Source of the DNA: Clostridiales bacterium
Lineage (GTDB): Bacteria; Bacillota; Clostridia; Christensenellales; CAG-138
DNA length: 64,000 nucleotides
Assembly: GCA_004558825.1 (NCBI GenBank)
Contig: SFDB01000001.1
Span: forward strand, 137,427-201,426
Direction: 5' to 3'
Shown: positions 44,350 to 53,494 of the stretch, in pieces
Layout of the letters: the number at the start of each line of letters is the position of its first letter
Position numbering within the stretch: position 1 is the stretch's first letter
Position numbers and translations under genes: made by a program
Notes under the pieces: model-generated
Databases searched by the model: none
The model's input: only the letters and a program-made list of their open reading frames with translations
Told to the model about the DNA's origin: nothing

Positions 44350-44985
44350 TTACGAAAACAGTCTGAATACGTTTTGATTGAACCATTCAAAGCCAAGGTC
44401 AAAGTGCGGCAGCACGTTCATGCTGACAAGCAGACCGAGTATCACCCATACGCCGCAAAGAATTATCACCGACAGAAGCGTTATTGCAAGCGCCGTAAGA
44501 AAGCCGTGCTTTTTCTTCTTGGGCATTTCCTCCTCAAGGTCAATGCCGCAGACAGCCGAAGGCGCCGCCTGCGCCGTGCAGGATGTGCGTTCATCATCGC
44601 ATATCCCCCCCGTCTCGGGCTTTATCACGGTTATGCTTTCGCTGAGACGGCACGTCTCCTTTGTCGAGCACTCGCTCTTCACCTCGCGCACTATGTCGGC
44701 CCACACGGAGGATATGTCGTTGTTCGCGCGAATGACCTGCATGGAATGAGCGTCCGTTATCGCCTCGATAAGAAGGACGGTCATGTCCGCGTCGGGCGCT
44801 TTTTTCATACGCGCGTAAAGATCCGAGAATACCTCTTTGACCACCTCCTGCGCGACTCCCCTGTTATTCGTTCTGTCGAGCACCCTTTTATATACGCTTT
44901 TGCCGTAGCGCTTGAATACCGACTCGAAGGCGCTCATTGCACGCTCGTCATTCAGCGTACGCGCCGCGTAACATGTGTTTTCCAT
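44350..44985 (-). CDS. Membrane-anchored protein with sigma-70 region-2-like N-terminal domain (no region 4)
   Basis: FESVFKRYGKSVYKRVLDRTNNRGVAQEVVKEVFSDLY resembles ECF sigma region 2. It is followed by a Cys/acidic linker, KKKKH, and one TM (FLTALAITLLSVIILCGVWVILGLLV). Confidence 0.6.
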   Translation of the reverse strand: MENTCYAARTLNDERAMSAFESVFKRYGKSVYKRVLDRTNNRGVAQEVVKEVFSDLYARMKKAPDADMTVLLIEAITDAHSMQVIRANNDISSVWADIVREVKSECSTKETCRLSESITVIKPETGGICDDERTSCTAQAAPSAVCGIDLEEEMPKKKKHGFLTALAITLLSVIILCGVWVILGLLVSMNVLPHFDLGFEWFNQNVFRLFS

Positions 44986-45138
44986 GCTGCCTCCTCCGCA
45001 TCTTAGGGATTTTCTATATGATACAGCATCATTCCGCTTTATGCAATTTGCCCGTATGCGCGAACATGCACTTTTTTTGTGTTATTTAAGGCGATTATGC
45101 TATAATGGCTTATTATATCCGAAAAGGAAGTATCGAAT

Positions 45139-46365
45139 ATGGAGAACAAGCTTTACGAATACGCGCGGCTTCTCGTAGAGATAGGCGCAAACGTTCAAAA
45201 GGGTCAGACCCTTATAATCTCTTCACCCATCGAGTGCGCCCCGTTCGCCCGCATGTGCGCAGGCGCGGCTTACGACGTCGACTGCCGTGAGGTCGTCATG
45301 AACTGGACAGACGACTTTTTGACGCGCGAAAAATATATGCGCGCCGATGACGCGGTGTTCGACGAGGTACCCGAATGGAAGGTAAGATTTTTCACGGACT
45401 ATGCAAACCAAAACGCGGCGTTCCTGCATATATACGCGTCAGATCCCGAGAACCTCAAGGGTGTCGACCCGTCAAGACCCGCGCGTGCGAGCATGGCGGG
45501 AGGCAATGCGATGAAGGATTATTACCGTATGCAGTCCGCAAGCGAGTTTGCCTGGTGCATAGGCTCTATACCCATAAAAGCGTGGGCAAAAAACGTTTTC
45601 CCGCACATGAGCTGCGAGAAGGCCGTCGACGCGCTTTGGAACGCGATATTCGACGCTGTGCGCATAACGGGCGACGGAAACGCCGTTAAGCGTTGGCGCG
45701 AGCATCTCGGCAAGCTCTCCGAAAGAAAGCAGAAGCTCAACGAATTCAACTTCAAATACCTCAAATACTCGAACTCGTTAGGCACCGATCTCACAATCGA
45801 GCTCCCAGAAAACCATGTTTGGGAGGCGGGCGCCGACATATCGCGTATAGGCGTCGATTTTGTGGCCAACATGCCTACGGAGGAAGTATTCACCGCTCCC
45901 AGGCGCGACGGCGTAAACGGAATCGTTTTCGCGTCACGTCCGCTTGTACATGACGGCAACATAATCGATAAATTCAGCATGACGTTCAAAGACGGCAGGA
46001 TAACCGAAGTACACGCCGAAAAGGGCGAGGACGTGCTGCGCGCCGCTGTGGCCGTCGACGAGGGCGCCTCTTATCTTGGCGAGGTCGCGCTCGTTCCGTA
46101 CGATTCGCCCATTTCAAACTCAAAGATACTTTTCTATAATACGCTCTTCGACGAGAACGCATCGTGCCACCTTGCTTTCGGCGAGGCGTATCCGTGCATA
46201 AAGGGCGGCGCTCAAATGAGCCGCGAAGAGCTCCTAAGGCACGGGCTTAACGACTCGAATACGCATGTTGACTTCATGGTCGGAACAAGCGACATGAGCA
46301 TAATCGGCGTCACCCACGACGGCAGGGAAATACCCGTTTTCGTAAACGGCAACTTCGCCGTCTGA
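45139..46365 (+). CDS. M29-family aminopeptidase (AmpS/PepS-like)
   Basis: 408 aa. N-terminus ..YARLLVEIGANVQKGQTLIISSP.. and C-terminus ..NTLFDENASCHLAFGEAY..HVDFMVG.. are typical of thermophilic metalloprotease M29. Confidence 0.88.
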   Translation: MENKLYEYARLLVEIGANVQKGQTLIISSPIECAPFARMCAGAAYDVDCREVVMNWTDDFLTREKYMRADDAVFDEVPEWKVRFFTDYANQNAAFLHIYASDPENLKGVDPSRPARASMAGGNAMKDYYRMQSASEFAWCIGSIPIKAWAKNVFPHMSCEKAVDALWNAIFDAVRITGDGNAVKRWREHLGKLSERKQKLNEFNFKYLKYSNSLGTDLTIELPENHVWEAGADISRIGVDFVANMPTEEVFTAPRRDGVNGIVFASRPLVHDGNIIDKFSMTFKDGRITEVHAEKGEDVLRAAVAVDEGASYLGEVALVPYDSPISNSKILFYNTLFDENASCHLAFGEAYPCIKGGAQMSREELLRHGLNDSNTHVDFMVGTSDMSIIGVTHDGREIPVFVNGNFAV

Positions 46366-46389
46366 AAAGCACGACCGGTAAAGATTCGG

Positions 46390-46426
46390 TTTTCGGAAGC
46401 GGTCGACTGCCGCTTCCGAAAATCTT
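46390..46426 (+). terminator. Probable terminator after the aminopeptidase gene
   Basis: TTTTCGGAAGCGG (46390-402) pairs with CCGCTTCCGAAAA (46410-22). The T tract after it is weak. Confidence 0.5.
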
Positions 46427-46646
46427 ATACCCTTTCAAGGCTCCTGAGGCGGGCATTAAAGTGCCAAGCCCATCGCGCTTCACCTGATTTTGCACTTTTC
46501 CGGCGGCGCCTCGGCTTTGTTCTTGCCTGCGCAGGCTGTACATTTGTTAAATTTTTATGGCGATTGGAATATGCCGCGTTAGTGTGTTATACTATTCTAA
46601 GCAGTTGTTCGACTGTGTTTTATGATATATAAAGGATGGTGCGCTG

Positions 46647-49574
46647 GTGAAAAAAATCGGCAAAATTCTTTTGGCTATATTGATGCTGGCTCTCTTCGCG
46701 GTGATGATCGTCATAATCGTGAAGGTCAACGGCAACACAAATACAAGCGTTTCAAACGCCGTGTCGCTCAACGAGGTTATGACCTCCAACAAGGGCGCCG
46801 TTCCCGATGAAAACGGCGAATTCTTCGATTGGGTGGAGCTCCGTAACTCTTCCTCGAGCGCCGTAGACATTTCGGGCTGGGGTCTCAGCGACAGCATACT
46901 GGAGCTTGCAAAATTTGTTTTCCCGTCGGGCACCGTTATCGCTCCCGACGGCTACATGGTCGTCTATTGCTGCGGTGAGACAAAGGGCGGCCTTTATGCG
47001 CCGTTCAAGCTCTCCGCAGACGATGATCTCGTGCTGCTCGACTCGACCGGACGCATCGTCGAAAGTATATCGCTTAAACCCGTATCGAAAAACGCGACGC
47101 TCGGCAAGGATCCTTCGACGGGTCTTTGGAACGAGTTTTCAATGCCCTCACCCGGATATCCGAATACCGACGAGGGCGTTGCCGCGTATCAGGAGAACAA
47201 GCACACGGCAAACACGGTCGAGGGCCTTTATATCAACGAATTTATGGCTTCCAACGCCTCCGTCTGCTACGATGAGAACGGCGTATACTCCGACTGGATA
47301 GAACTCTACAACGCTAACGACACGGCGCTCGACATAAGCGGCTTCTATATTTCGGACGATCTCACAAAACCCATGAAGTACGCATTCCCCGAAGGAACTA
47401 CGATAGAGGCGCACGGATGCCTGCTCGTATTCTGTTCAAAGACGGAAACGGTCGAAGGCAGCAATGAAATACACGCCCCGTTCGGACTGCTTACATATAA
47501 GGAGGACGTCGTGCTTTCAATGCCAACCGGCGCAATAATCGACAGCTACTCCTACAGTGAACAGACGACTGACGTCTCCATGGCGCGTACGCCCGACGGA
47601 ACGGGTGATTTCGTTCCGTGCAACAAGCCTTCCCCCGGATTCCCGAACACAGACGAAGGCTACAATCAGGCGGCCGCGAAATATGCGTTCGCTCCATCCG
47701 ACATCTATATCTCCGAAATGATGGGCGCAAATTACGCCTTTCTAAAGCAGTCCAACGGCGACTTTCCCGACTGGCTGGAAATACATAACACGGGCAGTGA
47801 AGCCGTCAGTCTTGGCGGCTATTCCCTCTCGGACAATCCGAAAAACCCCGCCAAATGGCGTTTTCCCGACATAACGCTCGCCCCCGGACAGTACCTCGTG
47901 GTGCTTGCCACGGGGCGCGACATACGCGAAGGCTCGCAGCTTGAAACGAATTTCAAAATATCCGCGAACGGTGAGACCGTTTTTTTGTTTAACCCCGAAG
48001 CGAAGCCCATAAGCAAGTTGTCCTGCCCCAAATTCCATGCCGATGAAAGTGTAGGCTGCGACGACGCCGGTCATATGCGTGTCTACACGACGCCAACACC
48101 CGGCTCAGCAAACGGCGAGGGTACGTCGGGGTACGCTCAGACGCCCGAATTTTCGCTTATTTCGGGCGCATACAGCGGAAGTCAGCAGGTGTCGATATCC
48201 GTTCCCGAAGGCTGTACGGTACGCTATACGCTCAACGGCTCGGAACCGACTTCATCGAGCGCGCTGTACGACGGCACGCCCATAACCATATCTAAGACGG
48301 GCGTTGTCCGAGCCGCCGCATTCAGAGACGGCTACAGCCGAAGCGATATTGCGACCGCCGCCTACCTTATCGACAGCCCGCATACGCTCAGCGTCATAAT
48401 GATAGCCACCGATAAGGCCGAGTTCGACAACATCTACCAAAACTATAATCAGGAAATCGAGATACCCGCGCATTTCGATCTAATAAACGAAAACGGCGAA
48501 AAGGAATTCGACAGCGACGCTGTCATACGAATATTCGGGGCATATTCACGCCAAAAGGAGCAAAAGGGCATCGCCGTCATTGCGCGCGCAGGCTACGGCA
48601 GCTCTCGCTTTGATAACCCCTTCTTCTCAAGCCGCGACTTTGATTCCTACAAGGCGTTCATACTTCGCGCCTCGGGTCAGGAAAGCACGATTTCACGCAT
48701 GAGGGACGTGCTTATAACGAGCCTTGTCGACGAAGGCACAGACCTTGCCGTACAAGCCTACAGGCAGTGCGTCGTATACATCAACGGCGATTACCGCGGC
48801 GTGTACAACATGCGCGAAAAGGTAAACAAGCACTACCTCGCGCAGCATTACAATATAGATGATCCCGATTCCATCAATCTGCTCGTCGGCAACGGCAACA
48901 AGTCGGGCTACGTCCTCAACGGCACCAACGAGGAGTATATGTCGCTCGTAGATTACGCCGTATCGCACGATATGCGCGTTCAGGAGAATTACGACTATAT
49001 GTGCAGGTATATCGACACGGCAAATCTCGCCGAGTATACCGCCATGCAGATATACGTCGGCAACACCGACACCGGCAACATCAAATATTGGTCTGCGCCC
49101 AACCACAAATGGCAATGGATAGTCTACGACTTCTGCTGGGCGATGAACTCGTCCGTAGGCGGCACAAAGGGCTATGAATGGAACGCAATCGAAAAATATT
49201 TCAGCGAAAAGGGCCATGGCGTCGGCAGCATGTTCTCAAACAAGCTAATAAAATCTCTGCTGAATAACCCCGATTTCAAAGAAATGTTTCTTCAGTCCTG
49301 CGCAAAAATGGCCAACGAAGTATTTGAAGAAAGCAAAGTCATAGCGCGCGTCGACGAGCTTGAGGCCAAAATCGACGACGAAATGAAGCGCGATGTGCTT
49401 CTGTGGAGCGACATGTCGTATGAAGGATGGAAGCGCTCCGTAAACCGTCTGCGCGAATTCGCCACGAACAGAAAAGGCTACTTCGTATACCAGCTCAAGA
49501 CGTATTTCGGCCTTTCGAGCGAAAAATGCATGGAGCTTTTCGGAATAAGCGGCAGCAATCCCAAGGCATCATAA
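46647..49574 (+). CDS. cotH: CotH-family kinase with N-terminal signal anchor, three lamin-tail-like (LTD) repeats and a chitobiase/hexosaminidase-C-like domain
   Basis: GTG start. TM ILLAILMLALFAVMIVIIV. Three LTD-like repeats (..FFDWVELRNSSSSAVDISGWGLSD / YSDWIELYNANDTALDISGFYISDD / FPDWLEIHNTGSEAVSLGGYSLSDN). The C-terminal approximately 400 aa are CotH-like (..YRQCVVYINGDYRGVYNMREKVNKHYL..). Confidence 0.88.
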   Translation: MKKIGKILLAILMLALFAVMIVIIVKVNGNTNTSVSNAVSLNEVMTSNKGAVPDENGEFFDWVELRNSSSSAVDISGWGLSDSILELAKFVFPSGTVIAPDGYMVVYCCGETKGGLYAPFKLSADDDLVLLDSTGRIVESISLKPVSKNATLGKDPSTGLWNEFSMPSPGYPNTDEGVAAYQENKHTANTVEGLYINEFMASNASVCYDENGVYSDWIELYNANDTALDISGFYISDDLTKPMKYAFPEGTTIEAHGCLLVFCSKTETVEGSNEIHAPFGLLTYKEDVVLSMPTGAIIDSYSYSEQTTDVSMARTPDGTGDFVPCNKPSPGFPNTDEGYNQAAAKYAFAPSDIYISEMMGANYAFLKQSNGDFPDWLEIHNTGSEAVSLGGYSLSDNPKNPAKWRFPDITLAPGQYLVVLATGRDIREGSQLETNFKISANGETVFLFNPEAKPISKLSCPKFHADESVGCDDAGHMRVYTTPTPGSANGEGTSGYAQTPEFSLISGAYSGSQQVSISVPEGCTVRYTLNGSEPTSSSALYDGTPITISKTGVVRAAAFRDGYSRSDIATAAYLIDSPHTLSVIMIATDKAEFDNIYQNYNQEIEIPAHFDLINENGEKEFDSDAVIRIFGAYSRQKEQKGIAVIARAGYGSSRFDNPFFSSRDFDSYKAFILRASGQESTISRMRDVLITSLVDEGTDLAVQAYRQCVVYINGDYRGVYNMREKVNKHYLAQHYNIDDPDSINLLVGNGNKSGYVLNGTNEEYMSLVDYAVSHDMRVQENYDYMCRYIDTANLAEYTAMQIYVGNTDTGNIKYWSAPNHKWQWIVYDFCWAMNSSVGGTKGYEWNAIEKYFSEKGHGVGSMFSNKLIKSLLNNPDFKEMFLQSCAKMANEVFEESKVIARVDELEAKIDDEMKRDVLLWSDMSYEGWKRSVNRLREFATNRKGYFVYQLKTYFGLSSEKCMELFGISGSNPKAS

Positions 49575-49586
49575 GGAGGTATATCA

Positions 49587-50288
49587 TTGAAAAGCAAGAA
49601 ATATAAAAAAAGCTATCGCCACGAGCTTAAATACTTCATAAATCAGGGCGACTACATGCTCCTCTCGAACGCTCTGAGGCGCACAATGGATGCCGACGAA
49701 AATGCCGACGGCTATGGCGAATACCATATCCGCAGCCTTTATTTCGACGATCCCTTCAACACTGCGTTTGCCGAAAAATTCTCGGGCGTCGACCATCGCT
49801 TCAAAGTGAGGATACGCATATACGGGCTTAGCGACAGCGTTATAAAGCTCGAACGCAAGGAAAAGGACAACGGCTTCATCTCAAAACAGTCTATAAAGCT
49901 CTCGCGCAATGAATGCGACATGCTCATAGCGGGCGATTACGAATTCCTGCTCAACCGCCCCGAGCCGTTCGCCCATGAGATGTTCCGCGAATTCGCAACA
50001 AACCTTTTGAAGCCGTGCGTCATTGTCGACTATGTGCGCGAAGCATATACGTTTCCCGTCGAGGACGTACGCATAACGTTCGATAAGGATATCCGCACCG
50101 CATTCAGAAGCACCGATATATTTAACAAGCACTTACCGACATACCCCGCGCTGAGCGGCTTCGACATGGTGCTTGAGGTCAAGTATAACCGCTTTCTGCC
50201 TGTACACATACGCTCTCTGATACAAATTGCCTCGCCCATACGAAGCGCGGCAAGCAAATATGTGTATTGCAGAAGATACGAGCTGTAG
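49587..50288 (+). CDS. VTC-domain protein (polyphosphate polymerase / triphosphate-tunnel domain)
   Basis: TTG start with AGGAGG RBS, 12 nt after cotH. ..SYRHELKYFIN..YHIRSLYFDD..FKVRIRIYG..IKLERKEKDNG..LEVKY.. shows the alternating charged beta-strand pattern of the VTC/CYTH tunnel. No TM or signal peptide. Confidence 0.82.
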   Translation: MKSKKYKKSYRHELKYFINQGDYMLLSNALRRTMDADENADGYGEYHIRSLYFDDPFNTAFAEKFSGVDHRFKVRIRIYGLSDSVIKLERKEKDNGFISKQSIKLSRNECDMLIAGDYEFLLNRPEPFAHEMFREFATNLLKPCVIVDYVREAYTFPVEDVRITFDKDIRTAFRSTDIFNKHLPTYPALSGFDMVLEVKYNRFLPVHIRSLIQIASPIRSAASKYVYCRRYEL

Positions 50289-50365
50289 CGCTCGCCGCCA
50301 TACGCTTCACGTTGACGGCACAATATGAAATGATGTAAAATACCGTCTGATAGGAGGATGAATAA

Positions 50366-51055
50366 ATGCTTTTTTTCAATCTGCTGAATGCACCCGAGTC
50401 GTCGGGATTCGACCTTTCCAACATATTCAATGCCACCATGAGTCCGCTTGAGGTAGTCGTTTCGCTTCTCATCGCGCTCGGCGTGGGAATATTTATATTC
50501 TTCATCTATAAGGTTACGTTTGCGGGCGTTATGTACTCAAGAAGCTTCAACGTCGGCCTCATAATGCTGACGCTTGTCACTTCACTGATGCTTATGCTCA
50601 TAAACAACAATCTCTCTCTCAGCCTCGGCATGGTCGGCGCGCTGTCGATAATTCGTTTCAGGACGGCCGTCAAGGACCCCATTGACACAGTGTTCATGTT
50701 CTGGGCAGTGGGCGAAGGCATAGCCATAGGCACCCATTACTATGACATCGCAATAATCTCGGCGATAGCGATAGGCGTTTTCCTTGTAATCATAAGCGCC
50801 GTCAAGATAAAAAGCTCAATGCCTTATCTTCTCGTTATACACTATAACGAATCGGCATCTCCCGTCATAAAGACGTTCATTCAGAAGCTCCCCAAATCGA
50901 AGCTCAAGAGCAAAACCGTCCGGCGCGACGGCATAGAGCTTACGCTGGAGCTTAGGCTCAAGGATAATGAAACGGGCTTCGTAGATAAGCTCGTTAAGGT
51001 CGACGGCGTTTACGACGCCACGCTTATAAGCCATCAGGGCGATCTCGTCTCCTGA
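50366..51055 (+). CDS. DUF4956-domain membrane protein
   Basis: 3-4 TM N-terminal half with ..GALSIIRFRTAVKDPIDTVFMFWAV.. (the conserved family motif) and a soluble C-terminal approximately 80 aa. GGAGGA RBS. Confidence 0.82.
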   Translation: MLFFNLLNAPESSGFDLSNIFNATMSPLEVVVSLLIALGVGIFIFFIYKVTFAGVMYSRSFNVGLIMLTLVTSLMLMLINNNLSLSLGMVGALSIIRFRTAVKDPIDTVFMFWAVGEGIAIGTHYYDIAIISAIAIGVFLVIISAVKIKSSMPYLLVIHYNESASPVIKTFIQKLPKSKLKSKTVRRDGIELTLELRLKDNETGFVDKLVKVDGVYDATLISHQGDLVS

Positions 51056-51072
51056 TGCACCGTTAAAATCTG

Positions 51073-51103
51073 CGGGGGGCGTTTTTTCGCCCCCGATTTA
51101 TAT
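51073..51103 (+). terminator. Terminator closing the cotH-VTC-DUF4956 unit
   Basis: CGGGGGGCG / CGCCCCCG stem with a T-rich loop, followed by ATTTATATTT. Confidence 0.7.
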
Positions 51104-51123
51104 TTATAGCGGAAGGATATCCT

Positions 51124-51711
51124 ATGGACGCCAAACAAAAATCTCCTGCCGAGCCGCGCCGTGAAAAGCTCATTACGCTGTTTGCGACTTTTGCAAAAAT
51201 AGGCGTACTTACGTTCGGAGGCGGCTACGCAATGCTCCCAATGCTCGAACGTGAATGCGTAGAAACACATAAGTGGACTACAAGCGAAGAGCTGCTCGAT
51301 TACTTCGCCATAGGCCAATGCACGCCCGGCGTCATTGCCGTAAACACAGCCACGATAATCGGCGGCAAGCTTCGCGGCTTTCTCGGCTCTGCGGCAGCAA
51401 CGCTTGGCGTCGTCACGCCATCTTTGGTTATCATTACTATCATCGCAGCCGTGCTCTCAAGCTTTGCCGACATTCCGGCCGTTCAATATGCGTTTTGCGG
51501 CATAAGGGTTGCCGTTGCGGCGCTGATAGTCAACACCGTCATAAAGCTCATAAAGCAAAACGTAAAGAACGCCGCGGGCATCGTAATTTGCTCGCTCGCT
51601 TTTGTAATAGTCGCCATATTCGGCGCTTCGCCCATATTCGTGGTAATAGGCGCGGGCATTTATGGGCTTGTCACGGGTCTCGCGTTTAAGAAAAGGACGG
51701 CCGAAAAATGA
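51124..51711 (+). CDS. chrA: Chromate transporter, short-chain ChrA (half 1)
   Basis: 195 aa. ..FAKIGVLTFGGGYAMLPMLERE.. is the CHR family motif. Confidence 0.88.
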   Translation: MDAKQKSPAEPRREKLITLFATFAKIGVLTFGGGYAMLPMLERECVETHKWTTSEELLDYFAIGQCTPGVIAVNTATIIGGKLRGFLGSAAATLGVVTPSLVIITIIAAVLSSFADIPAVQYAFCGIRVAVAALIVNTVIKLIKQNVKNAAGIVICSLAFVIVAIFGASPIFVVIGAGIYGLVTGLAFKKRTAEK

Positions 51712-52292
51712 TCTACCTTACGCTCTTTTACGAATTTTTCAAGGTCGGCCTGTTCTCCGTCGGCGGAGGCGTTGCCACGATACCCTTCTATATGGAGCTG
51801 GCGGATAAATACGACTGGCTCACAACGCAGATGCTGACCGATATGATAGCCGTCTCGGAATCCACCCCCGGCCCTATCGGTATAAATCTCGCCACATACG
51901 CAGGCTTCCGGGCCGCAGGCATACCGGGCGCGCTCGTTGCCACGTTCAGCGAGGTGCTGCCCTCGTTCATCATACTTGTGCTTATTGCGAAGGCGCTCGA
52001 GCGATATAAGGAAAACACACTCGTCTCAAGCGCTTTTTCAGGTATAAGGCCAGCCGTCGCAGGGCTCATCGCAGCAGCAGGCTGGTCTGTCATGCGCGTC
52101 GCGCTCTTTACCGCTCCGAGCGGCTCGTCGCTTTTTACAATGCTCCTTTCGTGCGACATAAAGTGGCTTGTACTGTTTTGCGCACTGCTCGCGCTCATGC
52201 AGATAAAGCCGCTCAAAAAGCTCCACCCCATCGTGTATATTGTTTTTTCCGCCGTCGTCGGCATCGGCGCAGGTTTTCTTGGGTTTATTTAA
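51708..52292 (+). CDS. chrA: Chromate transporter, short-chain ChrA (half 2)
   Basis: 194 aa. ..FFKVGLFSVGGGVATIPFY.. is the CHR motif. A 4-nt overlap with half 1 matches the known paired short-CHR arrangement. Confidence 0.88.
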   Translation: MIYLTLFYEFFKVGLFSVGGGVATIPFYMELADKYDWLTTQMLTDMIAVSESTPGPIGINLATYAGFRAAGIPGALVATFSEVLPSFIILVLIAKALERYKENTLVSSAFSGIRPAVAGLIAAAGWSVMRVALFTAPSGSSLFTMLLSCDIKWLVLFCALLALMQIKPLKKLHPIVYIVFSAVVGIGAGFLGFI

Positions 52293-52311
52293 AAAATATA
52301 TCAGCCGTTAA

Positions 52312-52340
52312 TTGTTAAATTCAGCGTATTGTTATATAAT
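52312..52340 (+). promoter_or_regulatory. Sigma-A-type promoter for the gcv operon
   Basis: TTGTTA (52312-17), 17 nt, TATAAT (52335-40). Confidence 0.6.
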
Positions 52341-52382
52341 AAGCTCGCAAAGATAGGGTTTTGCCCTAATACATGACGGAGG

Positions 52383-53474
52383 TTGTTAAAATTGGATACG
52401 CTGAAAAAAACGCCCCTTTACGATACGCATGTATCGCTTCACGGAAAGATGGTCGATTTCGGCGGCTGGGCGCTCCCCGTCCAGTACACATCGATAATTG
52501 ACGAGCATAGGGCCGTGCGTGAAAACGTGGGTCTGTTCGATGTATCGCACATGGGCGAGGTAATGGTGGAGGGCAAAGATGCTTTCAGCTACATTCAGGG
52601 TCTCGTCACGAACTGCATCAAGAGCATGACGCCCGGCAGGGTACGCTATTCTCCCGTATGCTATGATGACGGCGGCACCGTCGACGACATACTTATCTAT
52701 AAGCTTGCCGACGAAAAATATCTGCTCGTAATAAATGCGGGCAACACCGACAAGGATTATGACTGGTTCTGCGCCCACAAATTCGGCGATGTTAAGCTCG
52801 AAAACCAGTCCAAGGACTGGGCACAGCTTGCGCTCCAGGGTCCGAAATTCAACGACGTGCTTATGGCGGCAGGTGTTGAGGGCGAACTCCCCACAAAGAA
52901 TTATACATTCGCAAACGGCACGCTTGTTGCAGGCATCCCCTGCCTTGTGTCCGTCACAGGCTACACGGGCGAGCTTGGCGTAGAGCTGTACTGCAAGGCG
53001 GAGGACGGCGCAAGGCTGCACGCAAAGCTTATGGAAGCCGGTAAGCCCTTCGGCCTTATGCCCTGCGGACTCGGCGCAAGGGATTCCCTTAGATTCGAAG
53101 CAGGTATGCCTCTCTACGGACACGAGCTTTCAAAGGATATATCGCCTCTCGAAGCGGGGCTCAGCTTCGCCGTCAAGCTCACAAAGGACAGCTTCATAGG
53201 CAAGGAAGCTCTTCTCAAGCCCATCAAGCGCACGCGCATAGGCCTTAAGCTTCTTGACAAGGGAATACTCCGCGACCATTACGACGTATATGTCGGAGAC
53301 AAGCTCGTCGGCTGTACAACGTCGGGTATGCCCGTACCCACGCTCGACGGCAGCTATGCAATGGCGCTTATTAACATCGATGACTCGGATAACGAAAACT
53401 ATACGGTCGAGATAAGGGGCAGGCGCCTCAATGCCGTAAAGGTCGATATCCCGTTTTATAAAAGAGCAAAATAA
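52383..53474 (+). CDS. gcvT: Glycine cleavage system aminomethyltransferase (T protein)
   Basis: ..KKTPLYDTHVSLHGKMVDFGGWALPVQY..VGLFDVSHMGE... The more likely start is TTG at 52392 (GGAGG 9 nt upstream). Confidence 0.95.
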   Translation: MLKLDTLKKTPLYDTHVSLHGKMVDFGGWALPVQYTSIIDEHRAVRENVGLFDVSHMGEVMVEGKDAFSYIQGLVTNCIKSMTPGRVRYSPVCYDDGGTVDDILIYKLADEKYLLVINAGNTDKDYDWFCAHKFGDVKLENQSKDWAQLALQGPKFNDVLMAAGVEGELPTKNYTFANGTLVAGIPCLVSVTGYTGELGVELYCKAEDGARLHAKLMEAGKPFGLMPCGLGARDSLRFEAGMPLYGHELSKDISPLEAGLSFAVKLTKDSFIGKEALLKPIKRTRIGLKLLDKGILRDHYDVYVGDKLVGCTTSGMPVPTLDGSYAMALINIDDSDNENYTVEIRGRRLNAVKVDIPFYKRAK

Positions 53475-53494
53475 ATTTGTTGGAGGAAAACATA

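Noticed and set aside
52293-52382. Glycine riboswitch upstream of gcvT
   Set aside because: The interval is too short and lacks the conserved aptamer core sequences. Only a promoter and an RBS are evident.
52386-53123. 245-aa minus-strand ORF
   Set aside because: It is antisense to gcvT and has no motifs.
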